From: Candidatus Latescibacterota bacterium
Lineage (GTDB): Bacteria > Latescibacterota > UBA2968 > GCA-2709665
Reading direction: 5' to 3'
Length of the DNA stretch: 64,000 nucleotides
Assembly: GCA_965219455.1 (NCBI GenBank)
Contig: OZ244744.1
Location: forward strand, 1,600,001 to 1,664,000
The position numbers and the translations under genes are program-made. Within the stretch, counting starts at the first letter, position 1; each line of letters starts with the position of its first letter. Shown here piece by piece: positions 10,668-20,538 of the stretch. The notes beneath the pieces were generated by a model. The model was not told where the DNA came from, did no database searches, and saw only the letters and a program-made list of their open reading frames with translations.

Positions 10668-11663
10668 ATGGCTAAATTAAAGCTGGAAGAGGTGAGTCTG
10701 ACGCCGGAAATCTCGGCAATAAAGCTGGACACCGATTTTTTCTCCCTCGTTGTCGTGCCCGAACTGGGCGGGAAGATAACCTCTCTTGTCAATAAGTCGA
10801 CCGGCCGCGAATGTCTTTCGCGCACCAATATACCGTACAGAAGCCGGACCTATGGGGATCGCTTCGAGAATTACGAACGCGACGGGGCCGACGAGTGTTT
10901 TCCCACCGTCGAAGCGTGTCCGTATCCGGTCTTTCCCTGGGAAGGGGTGCAGGTTCCGGACCATGGAGAGGTCTGGACGCTTCCATGGCAGTACGAAGTC
11001 AAACAGGAACGCCTGCAGATGTGGGTCAGAAGCGTGCGGTTTCCGTATGTGTTTAAACGTGACATCCGCTTCGAGACATTGGCGCGCGGCAAAAAACCCT
11101 ATATCCGGTTTTCCTACACAGTCGAGAATGAGAGCCCGTTTGACATGCCGTTCGTCTATGCGTTCCACCCACTTTTCAAGGCGGAAACCCGCGCACGTAT
11201 CCTGATGCCTTCCGGCACGGATGTGGTTTCGTACCTGAGTACAGAAGACCGTCTGGGGCCGCCAATGACACGGCATGTCTGGCCCAAAGTTACGGATCTG
11301 ACCCTGGACAAGGCCTATAACCGTTCTTCGATTCGATCCAGCCGTACCAAAGAGGCCGAGAAGCTTTTTTCCACGCCTCTGGAGCAGGGCCGCTGCGCGC
11401 TGGTCTACCCCAGCGGGGAGTTTATCGGTTTTCTGTTTCCGGCCAAAAAACTTCCGCATCTGGGCTTGTGGATAAATGAGGGCGGCTGGAACAACCTCCA
11501 CCACGTGGCTCTGGAGCCCTCTACGTCGCAGGTCGACCGCCTGGATACGGCGTGGGGGCTGAAAGCTTGTGGGATGGTGCCGGCAAACGGCCAAGCCGAA
11601 TGGGATATCAGCCTGATTCTGGGCGAAGGCGACGAACGTCAGGAATTGCTCGGGGAATTTTGA
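10668..11663 (+). CDS. galactose mutarotase-like / aldose 1-epimerase family protein
   Basis: PELGGKITSL, GADECFPT, PDHGEVW, AFHPLF, VALEPST. Confidence 0.8.
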   Translation: MAKLKLEEVSLTPEISAIKLDTDFFSLVVVPELGGKITSLVNKSTGRECLSRTNIPYRSRTYGDRFENYERDGADECFPTVEACPYPVFPWEGVQVPDHGEVWTLPWQYEVKQERLQMWVRSVRFPYVFKRDIRFETLARGKKPYIRFSYTVENESPFDMPFVYAFHPLFKAETRARILMPSGTDVVSYLSTEDRLGPPMTRHVWPKVTDLTLDKAYNRSSIRSSRTKEAEKLFSTPLEQGRCALVYPSGEFIGFLFPAKKLPHLGLWINEGGWNNLHHVALEPSTSQVDRLDTAWGLKACGMVPANGQAEWDISLILGEGDERQELLGEF

Positions 11664-11667
11664 GGTG

Positions 11668-11835
11668 CGACTGTTCTGTCCCGGAAATAGATTGCCGAAA
11701 TTCGGCCGTCGAGTCGCCCGGCTGGCAACGCGCCTGTGCGTGGCGACCTGGGCAAGGTCGGCCAGCGATGGCAACGCATCGAGACGGGATGAATCGGCGG
11801 GAGAATGGTGACATATTTTTGGAACAGGGCAGTAC
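11668..11835 (+). mobile_element. 168-bp MITE-like repeat, copy A (variant ends)
   Basis: Colinear with the reverse complement of 42027-42194; imperfect terminal inverted repeats ACTGTTCTGTCCCGGAAATA...TATTTTTGGAACAGGGCAGT. Confidence 0.8.
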
Positions 11836-13199
11836 GTCTCGCGATAGCAATTTCGATTGGATTCATCCCGGCAGCGATTCCTGCTCAGTCGCGGGGAGAA
11901 GAAATGGTTTTGGTGCAGACCGGGCAGAAACGGTTTTACATGAGCAGGCACGAGGTGACGGTCGAACAGATGAAGGCATTCGATCCGGACTATCACCCGG
12001 CGTACACCTATTTCAGTGATGCGAAAATGCCTGCCACCGCAATCCCGTTCACACAGGCGAAAGCGTTCTGCGAAGCGCAGAGCAAACGGCTGCCTACATT
12101 CGAAGAATGGGTCGTGGCCTGCGGCGGTCTGGAGGGATCGGCGTACTCCTACGGAAACAATTACGACCCCAATCTGGCACGGGCGGGACGGAGAAACTGG
12201 ACCGACGGACCCAAAGCGGTAATGAGTTTCGAGAAAAACGGGGTAGGGCTGTACGACATGTCTGGAAATGTGTGGGAGTGGGTGGACGACGGCGACGGCG
12301 AGATGCAGAAGGTGTACGGCGGTTCGTGGACGGATGGTCCCAGGTCGACACGGTGCGTTTCCGCGAGGCGGGCGAAAGTCGACCTGAAATCGATCAATTA
12401 CGGATTTCGGTGCGCCCGATCGCTGACGGACGCCGATCGGATTCGATTGGCAGAGGCGGAGGCAGAGGCACGGCGCAGAGTTCAGGCGCGCGTACGCAGG
12501 GAAGCCGCCCGCCGCAAGGCCGCGACTAAGGCCGTAGAGGCAGCCCGGATGGCCAAGATTGAAGCAAAGGCAAAAACTGCGCGGGATGCCGAACTTGCGG
12601 AAGAACAGGCCCGGGCGGCCGAGGCGGAGCGGAAAGCAGCTGCTTTTGCTGAAAAGGTCAAAGGCATGCTGAAAATCGAGACCTCTGCTTTCCAGACTTT
12701 CTATATAGATCCGCACGAAGTCAGCGTCGAGGCGTATCGGGCGTTCGGTGCGTCTTACAGGCCGGATGAATTTTCGGACGCGCCGAGAATGCCGGCCACG
12801 GGACTAACGTACGAACAGGCGCAGGCCTACTGCGGCTCACTCGGGAAGAGGCTGCCTACGTCGGAAGAATGGGTCGCGGCCTGTGTGGGAGAGACGGGGA
12901 ATATCTATTCCTACGGCAAGCGTTACGATTCCTCCAAGGGCCGGACCGGTCTGGCCTGGGACGCGGGGGCCGCGGAAGTGGCAAAAGGAGCCCCCAACGA
13001 TTATGGCGTTCAGGATATGGTGGGAAATGTGTGGGAGTGGGTGGACGGATGGTACGGCAAAAACAGAGAACTCCGTGCCATATACGGCGGATCGTGGCTG
13101 GACGACGAAAAACGGGCGAAATGTACCGGCGCGGGTTGGGCCGAACCCGATGAAAAACGGTCCGATGTCGGGTTTCGCTGTGCCGCGGGAGCTGAATAG
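11805..13199 (+). CDS. secreted protein with two FGE-sulfatase (SUMF1/EgtB/PvdO-like) domains joined by an Ala/Glu/Lys/Arg-rich coiled coil
   Basis: Two copies of KRLPTxEEW, DMxGNVWEWV and GFRCA; charged helical linker. Confidence 0.88.
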   Translation: MVTYFWNRAVRLAIAISIGFIPAAIPAQSRGEEMVLVQTGQKRFYMSRHEVTVEQMKAFDPDYHPAYTYFSDAKMPATAIPFTQAKAFCEAQSKRLPTFEEWVVACGGLEGSAYSYGNNYDPNLARAGRRNWTDGPKAVMSFEKNGVGLYDMSGNVWEWVDDGDGEMQKVYGGSWTDGPRSTRCVSARRAKVDLKSINYGFRCARSLTDADRIRLAEAEAEARRRVQARVRREAARRKAATKAVEAARMAKIEAKAKTARDAELAEEQARAAEAERKAAAFAEKVKGMLKIETSAFQTFYIDPHEVSVEAYRAFGASYRPDEFSDAPRMPATGLTYEQAQAYCGSLGKRLPTSEEWVAACVGETGNIYSYGKRYDSSKGRTGLAWDAGAAEVAKGAPNDYGVQDMVGNVWEWVDGWYGKNRELRAIYGGSWLDDEKRAKCTGAGWAEPDEKRSDVGFRCAAGAE

Positions 13200-13201
13200 G
13201 G

Positions 13202-14683
13202 ATGTGTATGCCTATGCACGGGAGCGTGCGGCCGGGTTCGCGATGTGTGTGGATGCTTCTGTTCTGCGTTGCGGCGTGGAGTTGCGGCGTTAGCCGGCAG
13301 GACGTGGATCTGGCCGAAAACGACGCGTTAAACACATTGCGCGGTCTTGTTCACAACGGTGAACTGGACGGCGCCCTCGTTGCGGAAGCGGTAACGGTGC
13401 TGGGGGGATTGGACGGCGCGGACGTGGGAGCGGCATTTACCGGCCTGTTGAACCATCCGGATGAGATCGTGGTCCTGCGAGCGGTCGAGGCGATGGGTAA
13501 GCGGCACGTTCCGGAGGCCGTTGACGCTCTCCAGGGACTGTTCGAAAGAACCGGGAGCGCTTTCGTGAAAGTGGAGGCAGCGGCGGCGCTTGAACGCCTG
13601 AATCCCGGGACAATGATTCCGTGGCTGTCCGAGAAGCTCCGGAATGGCGAATTTAGCATGGCCCGTTCCAATGCCGCCGCCGCGCTCGGTAAACTGGGCA
13701 ACGGGGAGAACGCCCCGGTGCTTCGAGTGGCTTTTGGAGACGATAAGGACCCGGTTGTGCGGTCCGCAGCGGCTTTGGCGCTTGCAGGACTGTCAGACGT
13801 GCAAAGCCTGCCCGCAATTTCGGATACATTGATAGCGACGAAACAGCTCTCAACGGCACTGGTCATGGTGGAGGCTCTGGAGACGTTCGGGACGGCGGAA
13901 GCGAGGGCCCACCTGGAGGCGGTGGCGAAACAGAGCACCTGGCAACAGTCCCTGCGTATCCGCTGTTTCGAAGCGCTGGGGGGACGGTCCGCCAGGTCGA
14001 TTGGCGCCTATCTCAAGGAACGGTTGCTGGAGGAGGGAGACGCACTCGACCGGGCGCTGGCTGCGGAGGGATTGGGATGGATTCAGGATTCAACGGCCGT
14101 GGACCTCCTGCGGTCCGCATTTTACAGCCCCGAGAATCAACCGTTCCGGCTCAGCGCGGCGTGGTCCCTGGCGAGGCTCGGCCACGGGGCCGAGATTTCA
14201 GAGGAACTGGAAGACGATTTACAGAGTGTGTACCATTCGGTTCGACGGCGGGCGGCTGAGATCCTGGGAATCATCGGTGATGCAAGGCGGATCCCAGCCC
14301 TGAAAAATGCGTTCTCCCAGAACAAGGAATTTTCCGTTCGGCGGGCGATTGTGCAGGCTCTGGGCAAAATCAACGATGCGGAGTCGGTTGCAGCACTGAC
14401 GTGGGCGTTTCATCAGGACGTGACTCTGGAAATCAGAGAAACCATCGTTGAAGCGTTTGGACAGATAACGCTCAGGGTGGCGTCCAGGGCGCTGAAGGAG
14501 GTCCTTGAACAAAGCGAAGAAGCGATCCTTCAGGCAGCGGCTTTGAGAGGCTTGGTCCAGTCGCGGGATTTGAAACAGGTGGAGACGCTTCGATCGTACC
14601 TTAAGAACGCAGAACCGGGCATACGCCTTGAAGCCGCCAGGGGAATCTTTGAACTCGCCCGAACGGGAGACCAACCCGGTTGA
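13202..14683 (+). CDS. HEAT-repeat protein, possible lipoprotein (start uncertain)
   Basis: Many 'VRxxAAxALGxLG' repeats; LLFCVAAWSC lipobox-like segment. Confidence 0.85.
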   Translation: MCMPMHGSVRPGSRCVWMLLFCVAAWSCGVSRQDVDLAENDALNTLRGLVHNGELDGALVAEAVTVLGGLDGADVGAAFTGLLNHPDEIVVLRAVEAMGKRHVPEAVDALQGLFERTGSAFVKVEAAAALERLNPGTMIPWLSEKLRNGEFSMARSNAAAALGKLGNGENAPVLRVAFGDDKDPVVRSAAALALAGLSDVQSLPAISDTLIATKQLSTALVMVEALETFGTAEARAHLEAVAKQSTWQQSLRIRCFEALGGRSARSIGAYLKERLLEEGDALDRALAAEGLGWIQDSTAVDLLRSAFYSPENQPFRLSAAWSLARLGHGAEISEELEDDLQSVYHSVRRRAAEILGIIGDARRIPALKNAFSQNKEFSVRRAIVQALGKINDAESVAALTWAFHQDVTLEIRETIVEAFGQITLRVASRALKEVLEQSEEAILQAAALRGLVQSRDLKQVETLRSYLKNAEPGIRLEAARGIFELARTGDQPG

Positions 14684-14735
14684 TTCCGGAGTCGCTTAAT
14701 CCACGTATCGTGCGGTTTTCGAATGTGAACGACAG

Positions 14736-15926
14736 ATGCGTATCCGTTTAAAATTACTGTCCTGGGTGTTCTCGGTCGGTGTTCTGATATCGACCGCATT
14801 GGCGCAGTCCGTTCCCGATATCGATTTCGACGATAACGACGTGATCGACTTCGGGGACTTTGTCCTCCTGGCGCAGGCGTTCGGCACAGGGGATACACGG
14901 TTTGATCTCAACGGTGACGGCTCCGTCGATCTGCAGGATTTCCTGATCTTCGCGCGCCTGTACGACAAAGCCCAACATACGGTGATACATTCTCAGGTAG
15001 ATGGGGAACTCGCTGTAGGGTCCGTGGATGTCTATTCGGTGCCAACGCCGGGAAGCCAGCCCCAGGATATCGTCGTGGACGTCATGGGCCGCGTCTGGTT
15101 CACGCAGATGGGCGCAAACCAGATCGGCCGGCTCGATCCTGCAACCGAATCATTCGCTGAATATCCGTTGCCGACCCCCGGCGGCCAGCCGGCCCGCCTT
15201 GCCGTTGACGGCCGCGGGATCGTCTGGTTCACGGATATCGCCGCGAACGCAATCGGGCGCCTCGATCCGATTTCGGAAGAGATCCGGACATATACCGTAC
15301 CCACGCCGGGAAGCCGCCCAAGCGGTCTCGTCTTCGACCGCAAGGGGTATCTCTGGTTCACACAGGAATCCGGCAACCAGATTGGCCGTTTCGATCCCTA
15401 TCGCGGTACTTTCGATGAGTATACTGTTTTCAGCCCCTCAGCAGGTCTGGACGAGATTCTTATCGATGGTGACGGCGTGCTGGTATTCGTGGAACGCACC
15501 GCCGGGAAATTCGGCCGTATGAATCCGGAAACGCAGGAGATCGTGGAGATTGCGGTACCCGTCCAGGATTTGACCATAAGACGGTTCGTATTGGATGCCG
15601 GGGGACAGATGTGGTTTTCTGCGAATTCCTATCAGCTGCACGTGTGGGACCTCCAGGCGACCGGGAATTTCGCAAGCTATATCCTGCCTGAAGATGGACC
15701 CGATCCACTCTTCCTGGCCGTCGACCTGAACGGACGCATCTGGTATGCCAGTGATGAGTCCAGATATGTCGCGCGATTCGATCCCGAGTCGTCCAGCGTC
15801 CGGATTCTTGAGTTGCCGTCTTCGGTCTCAGGCGTCGGACGGCTGACAGTTGATCGGCTCGGACGGATCTGGTTTACCGATCCTTCCGGAAACAGGATCG
15901 GAAGAGTGGAGGATATCGGCCCCTGA
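14736..15926 (+). CDS. secreted Vgb (virginiamycin B lyase)-like beta-propeller with N-terminal EF-hand/dockerin-like domain
   Basis: Signal peptide; DFDDNDVIDFGDF and DLNGDGSVDLQDF; repeats 'PTPGSQP...GRVWFT...NQIGRLDP'. Confidence 0.85.
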   Translation: MRIRLKLLSWVFSVGVLISTALAQSVPDIDFDDNDVIDFGDFVLLAQAFGTGDTRFDLNGDGSVDLQDFLIFARLYDKAQHTVIHSQVDGELAVGSVDVYSVPTPGSQPQDIVVDVMGRVWFTQMGANQIGRLDPATESFAEYPLPTPGGQPARLAVDGRGIVWFTDIAANAIGRLDPISEEIRTYTVPTPGSRPSGLVFDRKGYLWFTQESGNQIGRFDPYRGTFDEYTVFSPSAGLDEILIDGDGVLVFVERTAGKFGRMNPETQEIVEIAVPVQDLTIRRFVLDAGGQMWFSANSYQLHVWDLQATGNFASYILPEDGPDPLFLAVDLNGRIWYASDESRYVARFDPESSSVRILELPSSVSGVGRLTVDRLGRIWFTDPSGNRIGRVEDIGP

Positions 15927-16021
15927 ATCGTCTTCCTCATTGTCGGGCGCACGCGTCTCAGTCCTGCGGATTGGGACGTTTTTTTTTGGTGTGCGCAAAA
16001 CCGGAAGACGATAAAAAGAAA

Positions 16022-16050
16022 TTGACAAGGATGGGGGGCTTCGGTACCAT
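16022..16050 (+). promoter_or_regulatory. sigma70-like promoter for the ABC importer operon
   Basis: TTGACA-N17-TACCAT. Confidence 0.6.
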
Positions 16051-16092
16051 TCCGACCGGTGTTGGAGAAAAGAAATAAACATCTGAATCGAT

Positions 16093-17673
16093 ATGCGTGG
16101 ACCAGCCGTGAAGTTCCGAATTCTACCCTTGATTTGCCTATGCGCCCTCAATCCCGTCTCTACTCCTGCGGTGACGGATCGGCTGGTGTTAATCTCGCCG
16201 CATCCGGACGGTGTACAGAATGAATTTGAGACGGCCTTCAAATCTCACTATTCCCGGCTGACCGGTCGGGAGATCGTCCTGGAATGGCTCGACGTCGGGG
16301 GCGGCACCAGCTCGATTCTGAGATATATCAAATCCGAGTTCAATCGCGCGCCGGGTGGAATCGGTATCGATATTTTCTTCGGCGGAGGCATGGATCCGTT
16401 TATGGAACTTGCCGATATGGGCCTCTGCTCGGCTCATCGCCTTCCGGACGATCTACTGGATCGATTACCACAAAAGATCGGCGGCGTACCGCTATACGAT
16501 CCCGATTGCCGCTGGTACGGCGCTACCCTGGCGGGTTTCGGCATTGTGTACAACCGGGCCGTACTCAAGCTTGTGAATCTGCCGGTACCGCGAACCTGGG
16601 CCGATCTGGGAGATCCGAGGTTGTTTTCGTGGGTGGGGTCGGGAGATCCCAGAAGCAGCGGTAGTGTGCATATGGCCTATGAGTTGATGCTGCAGGCATA
16701 CGGTTGGGAGCGAGGCTGGGAGGTCATCACGACACTGGGGGCCAATGTGCGCAACTTCGCCTCCGGCGGCTCCCAGGCGCCCAAGGATGTTGCTGCTGGC
16801 GAGGTTGCCTACGGTCTTTCTATCGACTTCTATGCCTGGGCCCAGGTCAGCCAGGTCGGAGAAGAATACATCGGATTCACGATGCCCGACAATCTGACCA
16901 TCGTCAATCCTGACGGGGTGGCCATCCTTAAGGGCGCGCCCAATCTGAAGGCGGCGCGAAAATTCGTCGAATTTGTCATGTCGAATGCGGGCCAGAAAAT
17001 CTGGTTTCTGAAAAAAGGCGTTTCGGGCGGCCCCGTGGAAACCGCGTTGAACCGGTTTACGGTATTGCCCGATCTCTATCGTCGGTATAGCAATGAAGCC
17101 GCCGTTTCGTTGAACCCGTTTGAGTGGACATCGGATCTCGTCTATGACTCGGAAAAGGCGTCTGCCCGGTGGCGCGTATTAAACGATCTGATCGGAGTTA
17201 TGTTGATCGATTCCCACCTACAGCTTCAAAACGCCTGGAAAATGGCGATTCGAGAAGGAATTACGCCCGAGCGTGTTCGACGGCTCTCTGCTGTACCCGT
17301 CAGCGAGGAAGCCTGCGCCCGCCTGGGTGCCCGTTGGCGAGACTCGGAACTGCGCAACAAGACCCTGGCGTCCTGGACGGATTTCGCCCGCAACAAATAC
17401 GGCCATACGCACTCTCCGTTTCAAACGCGTCTCCTGGACTGGCTGACGCTCCTGTTTCCGTTGGGCCTTGCAGGCGCGATAGTACTCTACCTCGGGAAGA
17501 TCTCGCCTCGAACGGTTCGTCGGTGCATCATCCCGACGGTATTCGGCGTCGTAATTCTACTGATGGCCCTTGACATCTTTAGCGTTCCAACACCGATTCT
17601 GGTGCTGTTAATCATTTCGTGCGCATCTGTCATGTATTGGTGGGAGTTCCGTTGCCGATCCTCCGGTTCCTGA
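16093..17673 (+). CDS. ABC transporter substrate-binding protein (Fe3+/polyamine/phosphonate class) with C-terminal TM extension
   Basis: LISPH, GIDIFFGGG, DPRSSGS, PDGVAILKGAPN; hydrophobic C-terminal helices. Confidence 0.85.
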   Translation: MRGPAVKFRILPLICLCALNPVSTPAVTDRLVLISPHPDGVQNEFETAFKSHYSRLTGREIVLEWLDVGGGTSSILRYIKSEFNRAPGGIGIDIFFGGGMDPFMELADMGLCSAHRLPDDLLDRLPQKIGGVPLYDPDCRWYGATLAGFGIVYNRAVLKLVNLPVPRTWADLGDPRLFSWVGSGDPRSSGSVHMAYELMLQAYGWERGWEVITTLGANVRNFASGGSQAPKDVAAGEVAYGLSIDFYAWAQVSQVGEEYIGFTMPDNLTIVNPDGVAILKGAPNLKAARKFVEFVMSNAGQKIWFLKKGVSGGPVETALNRFTVLPDLYRRYSNEAAVSLNPFEWTSDLVYDSEKASARWRVLNDLIGVMLIDSHLQLQNAWKMAIREGITPERVRRLSAVPVSEEACARLGARWRDSELRNKTLASWTDFARNKYGHTHSPFQTRLLDWLTLLFPLGLAGAIVLYLGKISPRTVRRCIIPTVFGVVILLMALDIFSVPTPILVLLIISCASVMYWWEFRCRSSGS

Positions 17674-17749
17674 GAAAGACGGATTTCGGCCCGCCGGCAA
17701 CAGTCCGCCAATGGAGGGACTCCGGCAATTCCGGACTTGAGGGCAAACC

Positions 17750-18841
17750 ATGGTTCGTGTTCGTCTGAAGGATGTCTCCAAACAATTCGGCAGTGTCGTC
17801 GCCGTGGAACGCGTCGATCTGGAAATCGAAAAAGGCGAGTTTTTCTTTCTGCTGGGACCCTCCGGTTGCGGAAAAACCACGTTGCTGAGATTGATCGCCG
17901 GGTTCTACAGACCGGAACCTGGCCGCGTGTGTTTTGACGACCGGGACGTTACCAACGTACCGCCCGAAAAGCGGAACACGGGAATGGTCTTCCAGAACTA
18001 CGCGCTATGGCCGCACATGACGGTCTGGCAGAACGTGGAATACGGCCTTTCCATGCGCAACATTGCCCCCCAAAAACGCGCCGAACGGGTCGGGTGCGCG
18101 TTACAAATGGTACAAATGGAAGCCTACAGGGATCGGTCCCCCAACCAATTGTCGGGCGGACAGCAACAGCGGGTCGCGCTGGCGCGGGCCCTGGTGATCG
18201 AACCCGACGTGGTGCTGTTGGACGAACCGCTTTCCAATCTCGATGCCCGTTTGCGACTGGAGATGCGCGAACAGATTCAGGCACTCCATCGAAGCCTCGG
18301 CGTCACCATGATTTATGTGACGCACGATCAGAAGGAAGCGCTTGCGATGGCAAACCGTGTCGCCGTGATGAAGGCGGGGCGGGTGGTGCAAACGGGTGCT
18401 CCAAGGACGTTGTATTCGCGGCCGGCCAACCGATTTGTGGCGGATTTCATCGGTGAAATCAATCTGCTTTCGGGCAAGGTGGTCCGATTGGGGGAAAAAA
18501 TCGGGGTAGAGACGCCAGTGGGGATTCTGTATGGCCGGCCGGGCTGTGACGGCATCAGGAAAGACGACCGCGTGTTATGCGCCATTCGGCCTGAAGCCAT
18601 GGAATTCCTCGCGGGGCGGCCAGGCGAAACAGATCACGTCGTATCCGGGACGATCCGCAACACAATCTATTTGGGCGAGATGGAACAGTATATTGTGGAC
18701 CTGCCAGACGGGACGCAGGTGAAACTGGTGGAAAGCCATCCGCTTGTTCAGAAAGCGTTCCCGGGCGATCGGGTAAACATCCGGTTCGCTCAGGACGCGA
18801 TTTCCATACTACAGGACGAAGGTGAAAACAGCACTGCTTGA
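17750..18841 (+). CDS. ABC transporter ATP-binding protein (PotA/FbpC-like)
   Basis: [41 protein letters not shown]-terminal TOBE-like region. Confidence 0.95.
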   Translation: MVRVRLKDVSKQFGSVVAVERVDLEIEKGEFFFLLGPSGCGKTTLLRLIAGFYRPEPGRVCFDDRDVTNVPPEKRNTGMVFQNYALWPHMTVWQNVEYGLSMRNIAPQKRAERVGCALQMVQMEAYRDRSPNQLSGGQQQRVALARALVIEPDVVLLDEPLSNLDARLRLEMREQIQALHRSLGVTMIYVTHDQKEALAMANRVAVMKAGRVVQTGAPRTLYSRPANRFVADFIGEINLLSGKVVRLGEKIGVETPVGILYGRPGCDGIRKDDRVLCAIRPEAMEFLAGRPGETDHVVSGTIRNTIYLGEMEQYIVDLPDGTQVKLVESHPLVQKAFPGDRVNIRFAQDAISILQDEGENSTA

Positions 18842-20519
18842 TCGATACGATTTGAACTCGTCCAGGATCCTATTTCTGGCCGGATTGTTTGCCTTTTTTG
18901 TTTGTTTTCTGTTCTATCCGCTCTGGTATGCTTTTGTGCAAGCCCTGTGGGTGAACGGAGAAATCTCGCTCGTGTATTTTGAGCTGATGGCAGGCAATCC
19001 GGTCTATCGGGAGATGATCCTGAACAGTTTCCGCCTGGGCATGTTCACCACGATTGCAACGACACTCCTGAGCCTGCCCATCGCATTATTGCTGGTACGG
19101 TACGACTTCAGAGGAAAAAACATCCTCAATGGTCTGATCCTTGTGCCCATGGTCCTCCCGCCGTTCGTGGGCGCGATCGGGATGAAACAGATGTTCGCCC
19201 GATTCGGATCCATCAACCTGTTGTTGCTCAAACTGGGAATCGTCGATCAGCCGATCGATTGGTTCGGTAGCGGGTTTACGGGTGTGGTCATTCTGCAGGT
19301 ATTGCACCTCTATCCCATCATGTTCCTTAACGTGGCGGCGGCCCTGTCGAATGTCGATCCGAGCCTCGAAGAGGCTGGCCGCAATATGGGCGCCAGCGGT
19401 TTCAGGCTGTTTCGAACCGTAACCTTTCCGCTGATGTTACCAGGCTATTTTGCCGGCGCGACTATTGTCTTTATCTGGGCGTTTACCGACCTGGGAACAC
19501 CGCTGATTTTCAACTATCGGCAGGTGGTCATGGTCGAGATATTCAACGCCATTTCAGACATAAACGAAAATCCCATGGCATACGCGCTCGTGGTTTTCCT
19601 GTTATTGCTGACTATGCTGTTTTTCTACCTGTCCAAAATGCTGCTGGGCAAGAAACGGTACGAAATGGTGGCGCGGGGACACGTGGGATCCACAACGCGT
19701 CGCGCTTCGACCAGGACGACCGCACTAATCTACACGATTATGATTTCGTTGACGGCCATCGCGCTGATCCCTCACATGAGCGTTTTTCTGACCTCGATTT
19801 CCGAGCGCTGGTTCATGTCGATTTGGCCCCAGGAAATCACAGGCAAGTACTATCCGCTGGTATATCGGCACCCGATCGCCGGCCCCAGTATTACAATGAG
19901 CCTGATGTTGAGTACGTTAAGCACGATTTGCGATGTGACACTTGGCATCGCCATTGCCTATCTGCTTGCCCGCACCCATGTCCCCTTCAGGGGCGCGCTG
20001 GATGCGGTTGCGATGTTGCCGCTGGCACTGCCGGGTCCGGTGCTGGCCTTCGGATATCTGGCGGGATTTTCGGGCACCTTCCTGGATGCAAGACACAATC
20101 CCGTGCCACTGCTTGTGATCGCATACGCGGTGAGACGGCTGCCATATATGGTTAGATCGGCCTACGCCGGGTTCCAGCAAACCAGTGTCGCCCTCGAGGA
20201 AGCCGCCCGGAATATGGGCGCTTCACCCTTTCGGACGACCTTACAGATTACCTTTCCGCTCATTCTGGCCAATCTGGTCGCTGGGGCCATTCTCTGTTTT
20301 TCTTTCGCCATGCTGGAGGTCAGCGATAGCCTGATACTTGCGTTGAAGGCGCAATATTACCCCATCACAAAAGCAATCTACGCGCTGATGGGCAGGATCG
20401 CGGATGGTCCATATATTGCCAGCGCAATGGGCATGCTGGGAATGCTGCTTCTTATGCTCAGCCTTTTTTTGGCCGGACGGTTCCTGGGCCGGCGAATGGG
20501 AGAGCTTTTCCGCGCTTAG
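18822..20519 (+). CDS. ABC transporter permease (FbpB-like, two TM modules)
   Basis: Two EAA motifs (LEEAGRNMGAS, LEEAARNMGAS); many TM helices. Confidence 0.93.
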   Translation: MKTALLDRYDLNSSRILFLAGLFAFFVCFLFYPLWYAFVQALWVNGEISLVYFELMAGNPVYREMILNSFRLGMFTTIATTLLSLPIALLLVRYDFRGKNILNGLILVPMVLPPFVGAIGMKQMFARFGSINLLLLKLGIVDQPIDWFGSGFTGVVILQVLHLYPIMFLNVAAALSNVDPSLEEAGRNMGASGFRLFRTVTFPLMLPGYFAGATIVFIWAFTDLGTPLIFNYRQVVMVEIFNAISDINENPMAYALVVFLLLLTMLFFYLSKMLLGKKRYEMVARGHVGSTTRRASTRTTALIYTIMISLTAIALIPHMSVFLTSISERWFMSIWPQEITGKYYPLVYRHPIAGPSITMSLMLSTLSTICDVTLGIAIAYLLARTHVPFRGALDAVAMLPLALPGPVLAFGYLAGFSGTFLDARHNPVPLLVIAYAVRRLPYMVRSAYAGFQQTSVALEEAARNMGASPFRTTLQITFPLILANLVAGAILCFSFAMLEVSDSLILALKAQYYPITKAIYALMGRIADGPYIASAMGMLGMLLLMLSLFLAGRFLGRRMGELFRA

Positions 20520-20538
20520 GAAAAGGAGATTGCCGAAG

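Noticed and set aside
10677-12716. 679-aa minus-strand ORF and other long antisense ORFs (1711-3045, 23124-24110, 49458-50855)
   Set aside because: Shadow frames opposite well-supported genes in GC-rich DNA; no recognisable motifs
11805-13199. Diversity-generating retroelement target (FGE/C-type lectin fold)
   Set aside because: No reverse transcriptase and no template repeat differing only at adenines seen in the window
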